A stretch of DNA of 64,000 nucleotides from Octopus vulgaris (Eukaryota), in assembly GCA_951406725.2 (NCBI GenBank), contig OX597825.1:7626001-7690000 (forward strand). The letters run 5' to 3'. Each line of letters opens with the position of its first letter. Position 1 is the first letter of the stretch. Shown in pieces: positions 1 through 13,036 of the stretch. Position numbers and translations under genes: made by a program. The notes under the pieces are model-generated. The model was given only the letters and a program-made list of their open reading frames with translations, made no database searches and had not been told where the DNA came from.

Positions 1-30
1 TTTGATGGCATGCACTGCTCTCTCACTCAA
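1..30 (+). mobile_element. 3' end of the non-coding (AAT)n-associated retro-like element (same family as 23696-24256), cut by the window edge
   Basis: tttgatggcatgcactgctctctcactcaa matches the reverse complement of the 23696-23725 terminus and is followed by (AAT)n/(AAC)n. Confidence 0.75.
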
Positions 31-53
31 TACATAATAATAATAATAATAAT

Positions 54-88
<35 letters not shown>

Positions 89-931
89 CGACGACAACAA
101 TAATTATAAGCATAAACCTTGCAGATGACATTCCAGGCGGTATTAACACATAACATGTTAAACATAAATCATCGTCATAAAAACCACTCTGGTTGTTGAC
201 TTTCATTTTAAGATGAGAGAAAACTGTTTTGAAAGCATCATTAGACAGACTGGAGTGAAAATCCATTGGATTTTATCCACACATCCTTAATTCCATTTAG
301 TTGAGGCATTTCACAACGAAGTGTTAGGAGACTTATGAATATAATTAATTAATTCCATATCGAATTTCAATAACACAATCGATCGCTGGAGTCGCAAAGG
401 TAACACAAATATTTCTAATGAAACTGAACTCGACAATTCTTTAAGCCGCGTAATGGTTCAAGAATGTTCCAGAATGTTAGTCCATTACATTGAGTTTCAC
501 TATTTTGGTACTTATTTTGTCGACTTCGTACGAAGCGAAAGGAAAATAAATGTAAATGGTACGGAAATGGTAGTTGTCTTTTAACGCACCGATTCTCTTA
601 CATTTCCTCCACAGACACACACAGGTACATTCATATTTACCTGCAGGTTTAGCTAAATGCATATATTTACATGCAAACATACACACACACACGCACGCAC
701 ACATACATATATCATAGTCAGAGCCTATTATTCCAGCACAATCTCACATATCCATCCTGTCGTGACAAACATAAGAAATCAAAGGAGACCTTTCGCGATA
801 TCCAAATGAAGACAAGAGTCGAATTTCCCGTATTTTTCTGAATATTCCTCTGGAGAATTTTCGGATATAGCTTCCCATGAAAGGCTTTCACATAGAAAGA
901 ATTTCTATACGAAATATAAACTCATATATAA

Positions 932-984
<53 letters not shown>

Positions 985-1009
985 GTATGTATGTGTGTGT
1001 GTGTGTGTG

Positions 1010-1069
<60 letters not shown>

Positions 1070-1072
<3 letters not shown>

Positions 1073-1222
1073 AGAATTCACAAGAAAACAAAAGACGAAG
1101 ACAGGTGATGCAGAATACAAACAGATGTATAAGTATAACGCTTGGGAATTGGAAAACTCTTTAACGTATCGAGCCTACGCTCTTCCACAGAAAGGAACAC
1201 AAAAAGGACAAATCGAGAAAAA
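1070..1222 (-). mobile_element. Short (~155 bp) repeat between (TA)n tracts with a minimal hammerhead-like motif; Penelope/retrozyme-like
   Basis: Reverse complement aligns by eye over its length with 28500-28652. Motif at 1159-1194(-): cttt CTGTGGA A GAGC gtag GCTC GATA CG TT aaag. Confidence 0.65.
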
Positions 1223-1372
1223 TGTGTATATATATATATATATGTATATACTGGCTTTGGCTTTCGTTGTCACCTTCCGCTAACTTTGGAATATTCAAAC
1301 TTGCTGCAACAGAAATATCAAAATCACACACACACATACGTCTATACGTACATACATACGTACACCTCTTCA

Positions 1373-1410
<38 letters not shown>

Positions 1411-2381
1411 TATACGTACATACATACGTACACCTTTTCAGACACACACACACACACATACATGCACACACACTGACATATATACAAGAACATAAAAGTG
1501 TATACACATGTACAGATACTCTATACTGCTCATCTCGCTCTCTCTCTCTCTTCTCTCTTTCCTTTTCTCTCTCTTTCTCTTTCTATCGTATATCCTTCCA
1601 CTGTGTTATCTCGCAGACAATAGAAGACGATACGAAAATAAGTGTTCTCGTTTTACATAAAATTTGGACCTTTTTACGATTTTTTTCGCTGATTTGTGTT
1701 TTTGTATCTTGATATATAAAAAAAAAAAATTCCAAGATATAACTTTTCTAAGATTTTTTCTTTGCTTCTCGTTTCAACGCATAAGGAGGTAGAAAAAATG
1801 TCAAGACCAGTGGAATATCGAAAAAATTGCCAAGGTGATGAAAAATGCCTATCTCTTAGAATCGCCATCTGTAGAGAAAAAAAATGGCGTATGACAGTGT
1901 TACGCATAGACAGACACTAACGTATACACACACAGTAAGATGGGAACATATGCCCACATTGACAGAAACAAACGTTCACACACACACACAAACACACACA
2001 CCCAACACAAATTCACACACACACACACACATTCATACAAACACGCGTGCACACAGACACTCAAATGCGCATACATGTATGGTGATAAAGGCATCCGTAT
2101 TATCATATATCTCCATATATACACTAATAATCTACACACAGTCGTATAGACCAAGAGACGACGCATTTTCATTCTGGCCTTTTACACTTACGCACATTGA
2201 AATATTTAATCATTCACTTTCTCTCTCTCTTTCTCTCCCTCTTTGTCTTTCTCTTTCTCTCTTTTCCCATGTAATCATTTATATGTACGTCCGCATATCA
2301 AATACAGGTATTACATACCTATATCTCACATACGTATCAGATAAACGACACACACACAAATATATTGATATACATACAAGC

Positions 2382-2442
<61 letters not shown>

Positions 2443-2450
2443 TATGCATA

Positions 2451-2631
2451 GGCGCAGGAGTGGCTGTGTGGTAAGTAGCTGGTTTAATAACCACATGATT
2501 CCATGTTTAGTCCCACTGCGTGACACCTTGGGCAAGGTGTCTTCTTCTATAGCCTTGGGCCGACCAAAGACTTGTGAGTGGATTTGGTAAGAAGCCCGTC
2601 GTATATCTATCTATTTATCTATCTATCTCTT

Positions 2632-2666
<35 letters not shown>

Positions 2667-2893
2667 GTATGTATGTATATATGTGTGTGTGTGTATGTAT
2701 GTGTTTGTTTTCCCACCATCGCTTGACAATCGATGCTGGTGTGTTTACGTCCCCGTAACTATGCGCTTCGGCAAAAGAGACCGATAGAATAAGTACTAGG
2801 TTTATAAATAATAAATTTGGGGTCAATTTGTTCGACTAAAGGCGGTGCTCCGGCATGGCCGCTATCAAATGACTGAAACAAGTAAAAGAGTAA
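2451..2893 (+). mobile_element. tRNA-derived SINE family B (CORE-like, resembling octopus OR2-type), full length, with internal (TA)n(TG)n
   Basis: A-box-like tggctgtgtggtaag, degenerate B-box, CORE-like gtgacaccttgggcaag, tail ending gactgaaacaagtaaaagagtaaaaga; colinear with 40750-41195. Confidence 0.85.
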
Positions 2894-2949
2894 AAGAATA
2901 TATATACTCATATCTATCTGTCCATTGATGTATGTATCTATCTCTATAT

Positions 2950-2997
<48 letters not shown>

Positions 2998-3307
2998 TAT
3001 TCATAGAAACGTAGCCATACGTCACACGTACGTATATTCATATATATATATATATATGTATATATACGTATAAGCGTATTCAACCTACACATCCAGTTAC
3101 ACATATCATATACATTAAATCGTTTCCTTCTTTATCTCAGACGTACAAATACTCTTTTATGTCCCTCATTCACATTTTCCCTCTCAAGCACATACAAACG
3201 CCACATCAAAATAATTCATCGATCAAAACACACACGCACAAATACATATCTGTATTATGCACATGAAGGAACTCTTATGCACACATACATAGACATATGT
3301 ATACACG

Positions 3308-3343
<36 letters not shown>

Positions 3344-3589
3344 AGTGTGTGTATATATATATAGACACACACAGACTCTTTTATGTCACTATTTCCATAT
3401 CATGGTCTCATATTCTTCCATGCAAATATTTCTTTCCTCCACTAACCTCGTCTAACCCTTCCTCGGTCTCACTATTTATCCAGCCACTGTGTCACACATA
3501 GACTCGGTCTCTCACTGCTGTCGACATATACATACATACATACATACATACATTCATTCATACATACATACATTCATGCATGCATATAA

Positions 3590-3638
<49 letters not shown>

Positions 3639-3699
3639 TAAAAAGAGTGAGGCTGGCTGCGTATATATATTTATATATAGACTGTCTGAGAACAGAACA

Positions 3700-5590
3700 A
3701 TATAAATAAAAGAACATGACAATCTTCTCTCTGACATATTACTAACATCATTTCACATAAAACCGCGTATAGAAACTAAAGAGAAATATGAGAAATTATT
3801 TTATACGATTGTAGCATTCAAAATAATGTTATATTTCGTTGGTATTCTATATTACAGAATTTAATCTATTCCACGATTCCATTTAATATACAACACGTAT
3901 TATTATTCTATTTTAACTGATACTGAAGGCCGATTCTCTCCAATACCGCAGTAATTCACCTGACCAGACAGAATCTTAATCTGCCGCACTATCCCCTTTT
4001 GGTCTGCAACAGTGAAGTAATTCACTGTAGCAGACATAATACTAATCCAAGCTAGACTTCCTGCAACATACAACATTCTGTTTCGTAAGATATTGCGATG
4101 ACTTTCTTCAAAAGTTTTTATTACAGATTGATGTCACTTTAGACTATTTCATTTCAAACGGCTTTTCAACTGTGCAGTGTAAGCTGCCAAATTTACAAGA
4201 TTAATCCTTAATATGACTGGAAAATCAATAAAATTAAATTAACCTGTAAAATATCATTAAAGAAATGTAACTAAAGTGAAATATAGATTATATACCTGTA
4301 ATTTCACAGAAAAGGCAAAAAAATAAAACGAAAAAGAAAAAAGTAGCAACCATTTTTTTTTCGCATGGTTTCAGTAATTTTATTAAGAGATTAAAAGCAT
4401 TTAACAGATTCTGTAGTCAGAGGTAAAGTCTAGATGAGTAAAATATGCGCATATTTTTTTATTCTAACTAGAACCTATTTGAATTTACATACATAGCTAA
4501 TTTATATGTTGCTATAGAAATGTCACATCTTTTTGATTTCATTCTACGTTTTACTTCTGAAAATAAATCCTATAGAATATATCAAGTTCATGATGGCAGA
4601 TGATAAAGTAGAAGTTCGCTCTTACTGTCCGCCTCTTCGACAAAAATTCCCTCGCTTAATTACTATACTTTTATTATTTGGTTACTGACATCTCTGCTGC
4701 ATCTTCCATACTTCATCTAACATTATATTGTCATCTCTCACGAACACACAGGATATGGATTACATCTGACAATAGCTTCATCTGTTTTATCTTTCTTATA
4801 ACACACAATTCTTCATTCTTTAAAGCGTGCCATTAGACAATATGTCTGTGTGAAAGTAATCCAGTTCACTGGAGCCGATCACATCTTAATCTGTCATTTG
4901 ATTCTATTTGCATACTCCGCATCCCTTCTTAATCCTATGTAAACAAAGATACTTTGCGCTTCTGATCCTACACCAGCAGCACAGGTTATTGTCTATAATC
5001 TGTATTACAGCCATAACAGTCATGTAATTGTGGTGGGGATGCGGGTGGGGTGGGGGTGGGGGCAACGATTGCTGGACTTTCTGCTCGAGAAATAACATGG
5101 AATTGCTTATTTTGAATCTCGCTTGTATTGGAATAACATATTAAAGATTTCAAACAATTTACTAGCTTTATCAAGCAAGAATTATCTCCACGAATCGGTT
5201 TTTTTTCTTTTTGCTTCTGCGAAAGCCATCTATAGATATTTAATTCCATGATATTCTGACCGTTATTCTTAATGCTACGGGAAAGTTGAAACGGCGTCAC
5301 TGCTTCGCTCTCGACTGGAAACCATTGTCACAGACAATTGGAACTATTGCATGGAATTCGCAATGTCCCACTTTTCCCCTTTGCAATAATACTGCATGAG
5401 GAAATCCTTAACGAAGAATAAAATGATCTTTGCCTTGCCAGTCGAATCGCCAGCTCCGGTTGGAGCCTGTTTACCGCATTTCAAGAAACAAAAAGAAAAA
5501 ATGAAGTTTACTCTCACCAACTCGACATTTCCGTTCCCCGCAACATTTTTGTCTGCTGATCAAAGAATACAGCATTTCTTTATGACATAA
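3700..5590. promoter_or_regulatory. Repeat-free unique island; candidate enhancer or conserved non-coding element
   Basis: No microsatellite or SINE over ~1.9 kb and no credible ORF. TAATCC/GGATTA at 4043, 4202, 4757, 4857, 4930; octamer ATTTGCAT 4906-4913; CTGTCA 4891; GTAAACA 4939. Confidence 0.35.
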
Positions 5591-6368
5591 TAATAATAAT
5601 TACTGAATCTACGTAACAAATATATATTTAAAAAGAATTCTGATATACGTGTGTATATGTATATGTGTGTGTATGTGTGTGTGTGTGTGTCTGTTATATG
5701 TATAGGAGAATGAAAAATGTCTACAGGTATGTGACACGTACGTGTATTTTACAAGTGATGTGTTCTCATTCGTGAATATTTCTTCAAAAAGAACATTAGC
5801 GATGCAAACTACAATCAGAAAACTAAACTGGGTCTATGCTATTGGGAATTGCCTTTTCTCTCCATCTGTCTGTCTGTCTCTCTCTCTCTCTTTCTCCATC
5901 TCCCCTCTCTGTGTCTGTCCATCTGTGTTTCTCTATCTCTCTGTCTCTGTCTGTCTGCCTCTCTCTCTTTCTCTCTCTCTTACAGTTCCTTCCTCTCTAC
6001 ATCGCTGTCCCCATTATCTCCACGAAAATACAAACCTGCAGACCGGCCCCAACCACCTCAACCATCACCGATAGCAAATGGTTAAGATGAAGAAGCGTGA
6101 ATGAAAATTCATCCAGACGGTAGAAATTTCTTTCTACTGTCTTCAAGAATTCCGTTCGAATCTTGAAATTCATCTAAGATTTCTTTTCAACATTCTTATT
6201 TCTGATTTATTGTCATTTTTTTTCTCTTTATTCCTCAATTTTGCCTTTTCTCTTATTTTTTTTTCCTTACCAATTCTCAGTACGTGATGCAAAGCTGATA
6301 ACACTACGAGACTTCTTACCTTTGAGATAACCACAGATACATATCAGCACACTCGCACACACACACAA

Positions 6369-6436
<68 letters not shown>

Positions 6437-6559
6437 ACTCACACATACTCATATGCATTACATAGTAAGCATATTTCCAGATGATTCGCACTTTCCTATT
6501 TCTCTGTTTCGCATACACACTACCTACAAACACACTGAAGTACACACACACACCTAAAC

Positions 6560-6594
<35 letters not shown>

Positions 6595-6731
6595 ACACCT
6601 TTCAGTTGTTATATCTACCTTGCCATCCATCTATTCACAACCCGACTATTCGTCAAAATATGTATGCGGTTATACATAAGCCAAAGTAAATGATCTGCAC
6701 ACGCATATGAATATATATACACTTACACGTA

Positions 6732-6769
<38 letters not shown>

Positions 6770-6779
6770 CTGTCTTTGC

Positions 6780-6818
<39 letters not shown>

Positions 6819-7330
6819 CGTATGTGTGCGTGTGTATTATATAGGAAGCGTGTACGTATGGATGTTTATATACGGAGAACATTTTCTTGCTTTATGAAGG
6901 TTAAAGCTATCTAACGTGACTTATCTTAATCAGCTAATAACTGGCAAAAAACTTACATTGCCTTATCCTCTCTCCGTTATTACATCTCCCTATTCTATCA
7001 CGACGACGACGACCACGACGGCGACCACGAGTACCACCACTACCGCCGCCGACGCCACCGTCACAACCACGAGCACCAACGTTATCATCATTATATTTTC
7101 TCTCACCACCACCACCACTACAACATCCACCACCATCATTTTCTTCCCCATCTATCTCTTCCTATTCCTCCTCCACCATCACCGCAACCATCGCCACCAT
7201 CACCCTCACTACATTACTTTCCCCCACTCCTCAACCATTCTCTGCTATTCTGAACTTTCTGTTCTTGGATTGTTGGAGCTGGTGAAATATTTCTATCTTT
7301 TCATGGTTTCCTGGCGTCAAACAGAGAAAA

Positions 7331-7480
7331 GCGGTGAATTGGCAGAATGGATAAAGAAGGGGATGAAACGTTTTTTGGTCTTTGATCCAGTTCTTTGCAC
7401 TTGGAGATCAAATCCCACCGGGGTCATCATTACCTTTTATTCTTTCAGGGTCGATAAATAAAATACCTGCCCAGTACAGG
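7331..7480 (+). mobile_element. Degenerate SINE family A copy
   Basis: gcggtgaattggcagaa head, gagatcaaatcccacc B-box, ttctttcagggtcgataaataaaatacc central domain. Confidence 0.7.
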
Positions 7481-8990
7481 GACAATACATCTCTCTCTCT
7501 CTACCTCTCTCTCTCTCTCTCTGCCTCTTTCTTTCACTCTGCCTCTTTCTCTTTCCCTTTGACTCTCTGGAGGAAGTCATACAGTCATCAGAACTTGAGA
7601 TGTAGAAGCTCTGCCAGACTTTGATTCCAAAGGTATGCTTCAATATAGGACTTGATCAAGAGTTGAGGTCCAAACCGAAGTGTGTCAGGGAGAAAGTTTG
7701 CAGAGAACTCATTCCAGTTTCAATTCTCGGGAGAGACGCGCTGACTTAATTTATTTTATGGGGTGGCGGGGAATTGAAGCATTATATTAACCCTAAAAGA
7801 TAGGGTATTTATATCGAATAGAGAACAGTTTGCTTTGCGAAATGAAATATCAATGAATTATATTGTTACGACAATGTGGTGTAGTTGAAACTATTCAGAA
7901 ACAAAACGCAATGGAATAACAGCAGAAAATTAGAACGTTTTCTGAATGGAAAGGTTAAACGGTAAGTGAAGTGGTTTGTCATGAACTTCCATATTTATTC
8001 ATGCAACGGAGTCTTCACAACTGAAGACTGGATAACATCGAACGGTATTCGTCGTCATTCATTGAATTTACTTCAGGATATTGCTGGTATTTAGCGCCTC
8101 CGAACATATAAAAAGTCATAGGTTGAATTTGTTGGATAAAAAGGGGCAAAATAAAGTTATTTTGCGCAATTTAGGCACACGAGTGGCTGTGTGGTAAGAA
8201 GCTTGCTTTCTAAACACATAACTAGTCACGCATAAAAAAAAATATTGGTAAAAGAAAAGTTGTGATCATCATGTATATTTTTTAATCCTTGAGTATAAAG
8301 TTTTAAATTTGGCTCTTTTGGTTTCCGTTCAGAAATTCGATGGATGAGTAGGATGAAAACTTGTAATGTTCATACAGAAAAACATGGAAATGACCAAAGG
8401 AAAATGTAGGTAAAGACGTGGAAAGGTAACGATGAATAGGCATAGAGTGGTACAAGGGGAAAATGGTATGAAAACGGAGTAGTAAACCAAGGCAAACGTA
8501 GGGAAAATAATTTTGGAAGAACACAAGAAATATAGACTGGCTGTGAAGGAGTAACAGTGAAAATGTAAATAAAGACAAGAATGGATGGTCCAAGGTTAAA
8601 TATAGGATAAAGCAAGGAGAGGTCCGGTCCAAAAGTTATTGGGGAAACTAGAAAAAAAACAAAGAAAGAAATCTTAAGTGTGAATTACAAGTAGAACTGG
8701 AATGAATAAAATGTTATATCCTGTGGAAACGTCTCGAGATTTTCGTGCCAAGCAAAACATTTTAGAATAATGGCCTAGTATCTGGTCTAAGAATTTGATA
8801 TAACAAACTTCATTATTAGACTTGTAAGAATTTATTTCGAATATCAAATATAAATAAACAACGCAGAGTGAAAATTATTGGTTGGCACCGTGTTTGTTAG
8901 TCTTTAACATTCCAAACTATTTTCATTTTTTATATTTTTCCCTTCATAACTAAGGAAAATAATTTATAAGCTAAAGACTGAAAACTACTC

Positions 8991-9063
<73 letters not shown>

Positions 9064-9175
9064 CGGTTTCGATTCCCAGACCGGGCGTTGTGCGTGTTCT
9101 TGAGCGAAAACACTTAAAAGCTCCACGAGGCTCCGGCAGGGGTTGGTGATCTCTGCTGTACTCTTTCACCACACG
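9064..9175 (+). mobile_element. 5'-truncated SINE family C fragment
   Basis: ggtttcgattcccagaccgggcgttgtg...gctccacgaggctccggcagg is nearly identical to 54685-54790. Confidence 0.8.
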
Positions 9176-9229
9176 TCAGCATTTATTTCTAAATAACCAA
9201 CAGAAATGACTGAGGCGAGGTTGTGCAGA

Positions 9230-9450
9230 GGCCGTCAGATCGGACTGTTTGGCCATGTTGTTTAATTTTCCGCATTGGATCCTGGGTATGATGCTCTTTT
9301 GAGGATCGATCTGGGTTGACGGCTCCTGTTAGTTGAGCTGATGTCACAAGGTCACGGAGTATGATGGGAACAGATTGGGATACCGTTCGATGGGTTCCCG
9401 GTATAATCTGAGCAGATACCGACAAATCGTCGATGTAACGGCGCATGCCC
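9230..9450 (+). mobile_element. Degenerate RTE-clade LINE ORF C-terminal relic
   Basis: Translates RQIGLFGHVV*FSALDPGYDAL, resembling the RTE R.LR.FGHV.R....P motif; contains a stop. Confidence 0.55.
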
Positions 9451-10124
9451 ACACGGTTGACTTAAGCAGACACGAGGATCACAGCTTCTTGAGCCATTAC
9501 AAATATGTTTGTTTATACATAGCCACGCTGCCTCCGTTAACCAGTCGTCTGAAGAATCTGCAGTTTGTAACTCAGAGTGACAGTTCTAAAATCTTCCATT
9601 TTTGATAAACATACAAACTCTACATCACGTATTGAGCACTATTATTTCGTCTATTCAAAAACGATTAAATATGTACAAACGTGAAATTGGAATAAGAACT
9701 AGAATCAAAATGAACGCATAAAACATTGCATGCCTTTCCTCAGCAACACGGCGGCCCAGTGACTGAAGCTAGTGCAATAATGCGCATGTGTATATATGTA
9801 TAAATGTATGTGTGTATTTGTGTGTGTGTGTGTGTGTGTGTATCTGTGTATGTGTGTCTGCCATTTGGAAAAATGCGGGAAGGTTATATCACGGTAGCAA
9901 TCTATTTCTTGCACCAGACGTATGTAAATGGAAGGTGTAGTGGTGGTGTTGTTGGTGGTGGTGGCGGCGGCGGTGGTGGTGGTGGTGGTGGTGGCGGTGG
10001 TGGAAGTGCGACGAAGCAAACTCGTTTCTTTTTCTGTGACTTACATTCTTATCTTGTTATCTAGCAAGGCACGTGCTCTTATCTGGCAAGGCACATTAAC
10101 AAAATTTGCTAATCAAAATAATAC

Positions 10125-10214
10125 CAATAATAATAATAACGAAGATGATGATGACGACGATGATGATGATGATGATGATGATGATAATACTACTACTACT
10201 ACTACTACTACTAC

Positions 10215-10268
<54 letters not shown>

Positions 10269-10270
10269 TG

Positions 10271-10324
<54 letters not shown>

Positions 10325-10337
10325 GTAATAATAATAA
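10125..10337. repeat. Compound trinucleotide microsatellite (AAT)n(GAT)n(ACT)n(AAT)n
   Basis: Direct reading; source of the poly-N/D/T/I/L pseudo-ORFs. Confidence 0.95.
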
Positions 10338-10751
10338 TTTTCTGTGAAGGAAATGAATGAAAAATAAACAAACGTTGTTGCTGTTTTGTGGAAATATGAG
10401 AATCTCTTCCCCCAAATTGATTCTTCTTAACTACTTAATTCAGGTTTGTTTTTACACATTAACTGAAAAGATCTATGTTAATTCGTTTAATTACGGTATA
10501 TTCACAGATAGTGCTCAGTATCTAATTACGAACGAGTTGGGTCTAAGACAAATGTCTATCAGAAATAAATAAACGGGTATAATGAGTCGTACATAGTTAA
10601 CTTGTAGTAATCTTCTATATCGGTTTAAGAGATCCGTGGCTCTTAAACCGGTGTGGAAAGGGACAGTTTATAGCAGATGGCTACCACGGGTTAGATATAA
10701 AGGAACCAGAACTTGCAAACGGAACGTATTGAATATATATTTATAAAAACG

Positions 10752-11150
10752 AAGGCGACGAGCTGGCAGAAATGTTAGCACGCCAGGCGAATGCTTAGCG
10801 GTATTTCGTCTACCGCTATGTTCTGAGTTCAAATTCCGCCGAGGTCGACTTTGCCTTTCATCCTTTCGGGGTCGATTAAATAAGTACCAGTTACGCACTG
10901 GGGTCGATGTAATCCGTTTGCCTGTCCTTGTTTATCCCCTCTGTGTTTAGCCCACTGTGGGTAGTAAAGAAATAGGTATTTCATCTGCCATTACGTTCTG
11001 AGTTCAAATTCCGCCGTGGTCGACTTTGCCTTTCATCCTTTCGGTGGCGATAAATTAAGTACCAGTTACGCACTGGGGTCGATGTAATCGACTTAATCCC
11101 TTTGTCCTTGTTTGTCCCCTCTGTGTTTAGCTCCTTGTGGGCAATAAAGA
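10752..11150 (+). mobile_element. SINE family A (tRNA head plus Meta-like domain) with body duplicated in tandem; perfect 20-bp TSD
   Basis: Head ggcgacgagctggcagaa, B-box gagttcaaattc, domain gactttgcctttcatcctttcggggtcgat twice. TSD aatatatatttataaaaacg at 10732-10751 and 11151-11170. Confidence 0.9.
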
Positions 11151-11422
11151 AATATATATTTATAAAAACGTGTGTAAACAGAGGGAGAGGTAATAGAATG
11201 TGGGAGAGAGTAGGAGAGAGAGAGGGTGGAGAGATAGAGAGGGAGAGATAGATAGAGAGTGATGGAGCAAAAGTGGAAGGAAGAAGAGAGAGGGACGAGG
11301 AACGGAGAAGTGGAGATATTTTCATGGTTTATAGATTTTTTTGTAGGACTTTCTGTGTTCATTTGAGTGAGTCTAGATGTGTATTAGTGCTTTGTTTTCT
11401 TTGTCACTGAAAATACTCTAAA

Positions 11423-11454
<32 letters not shown>

Positions 11455-11770
11455 CAATGACTGTCTACTTTGCAACCCAGCATAACCTCTTCCGTTCCCT
11501 CTTTTGCCTTTTTAATGACATACCTCTCATGATAAGTAGTCAAGCCTCCGCCTCTTTAACATTATAAAACAAAGCTACTCAGATAACGAATAGCACCGCC
11601 CCACACACGCACTGCCTGAGTTTATACGTCATCTGACAAGCTTTGTATTTCACCCCACAGGCGCTATTACAAAACCATATTCTATACCAAACACACTTGT
11701 TCGGGTTGTCAGGTTTGCCACTGACGGCCCAACCATGGACAGGTTGTACTAGTATACAATAGCGACTGTA

Positions 11771-12370
11771 GACGGCGAGCTGGCAGAAACGTTAGCACGC
11801 CGCGCGAAACGCGCGGACGTATTTCCTCTGCCGTTACGTTCCGAGTTCAAATTCCGCCGAGGTCGACTTTGCCTTTCATCCTTTCGGGGTCGATAAATAA
11901 AGTACCAGTTTCGCACTGGGGTCGATGTAATCGACTTAATCCCTTTGTCTGTCCTTGTTTGTCCTCTCTGTGTTTAACCCCTTGTGGGTAGTAAAGAAAT
12001 AAGTATTTCGTCTGCCGCTACGTTCTGAGTTCAAATTCCGCCGAGGTCGACTTTGCCTTCCATCCTTTCGGGGTCGATAAATAAAGTACCAGTTTCGCAC
12101 TGGGGTCGATGTAATCGACTTAATCCCTTTGTCTGTCCTTGTTTGTCCTCTCTGTGTTTAACCCCTTGTGGGTAGTAAAGAAATAAGTATTTCGTCTGCC
12201 GCTACGTTCTGAGTTCAAATTCCGCCGAGGTCGACTTTGCCTTCCATCCTTTCGGGGTCGATAAATAAAGTACCAGTTTCGCACTGGGGTCGATGTAATC
12301 GACTTAATCTCTTTGTCTGTCCTTGTTTGTTCCCCTCTATGTTTAGCCCCTTGTGGGCAGTAAAGAAATA
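11771..12370 (+). mobile_element. SINE family A: one head plus three tandem 184-bp body units
   Basis: Units start at 11821, 12005 and 12189. Flanked by imperfect direct repeat tatacaatagcgactgtaga / tatacattaccgactataga (11753 / 12371). Confidence 0.9.
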
Positions 12371-13001
12371 TATACATTACCGACTATAGACGACTTGAGT
12401 TACTTGTAGCAGGTCGATGATACGCTGTGCTTTTCACCGGTTTGTTGCGCATTAGCACTTTGTGGACGACTTAACACATACATTGAGTTCGTGCGATCGA
12501 TAATGTTTATAGATATATAGTTTTAGTTTATATATAACTGGACTCACATATCTTCTTTCTTTTTCATAAGAATAAATATGAATCTCCGAAATTCTACGCT
12601 GCTATTTCCTTTATCAAATTCTTAGTAAAAAATTTGTTCATACTTCTTGCACTGAAGATAACAGTGATATATAATTAATTTAATTAAATTAATTTAATTA
12701 TTTCTATTGAAACATGAATTTGCTTGATTTTTATATCGCTGATCCAAACGATCGTCTGCATGAATTAAACTTTTCTTACATTCTAACATTTTCTCTTTTC
12801 CATAAAAAAAAAAAAAATGTTCAGATTTATGAGATTTCTTTCCATAAATTAACATAACACACCGTATACAAGTATTATTTTCATATTCGCCAAATACCAG
12901 CAAAATATGAAGAATCTAAGTTAGAAATCTTTTTTTCGAATTCTTCAAATTAAACGACGAAATTTAATTCAACGTTTTTACACATATATTATATTTATAC
13001 A

Positions 13002-13036
<35 letters not shown>

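Noticed and set aside
4986-5300. 104-aa minus-strand ORF in the unique island
   Set aside because: Non-ATG start, no recognisable domain, and the proline run comes from a G-tract.
10621-10650. 11-bp hairpin cggtttaagag/ctcttaaaccg as a terminator or Helitron end
   Set aside because: Eukaryotic DNA, no U-tract or CTRR terminus, and a single occurrence.
11821-12370. CRISPR-like regular repeats
   Set aside because: Whole 184-bp units repeat without unique spacers; they are SINE bodies in a eukaryotic context with no cas genes.
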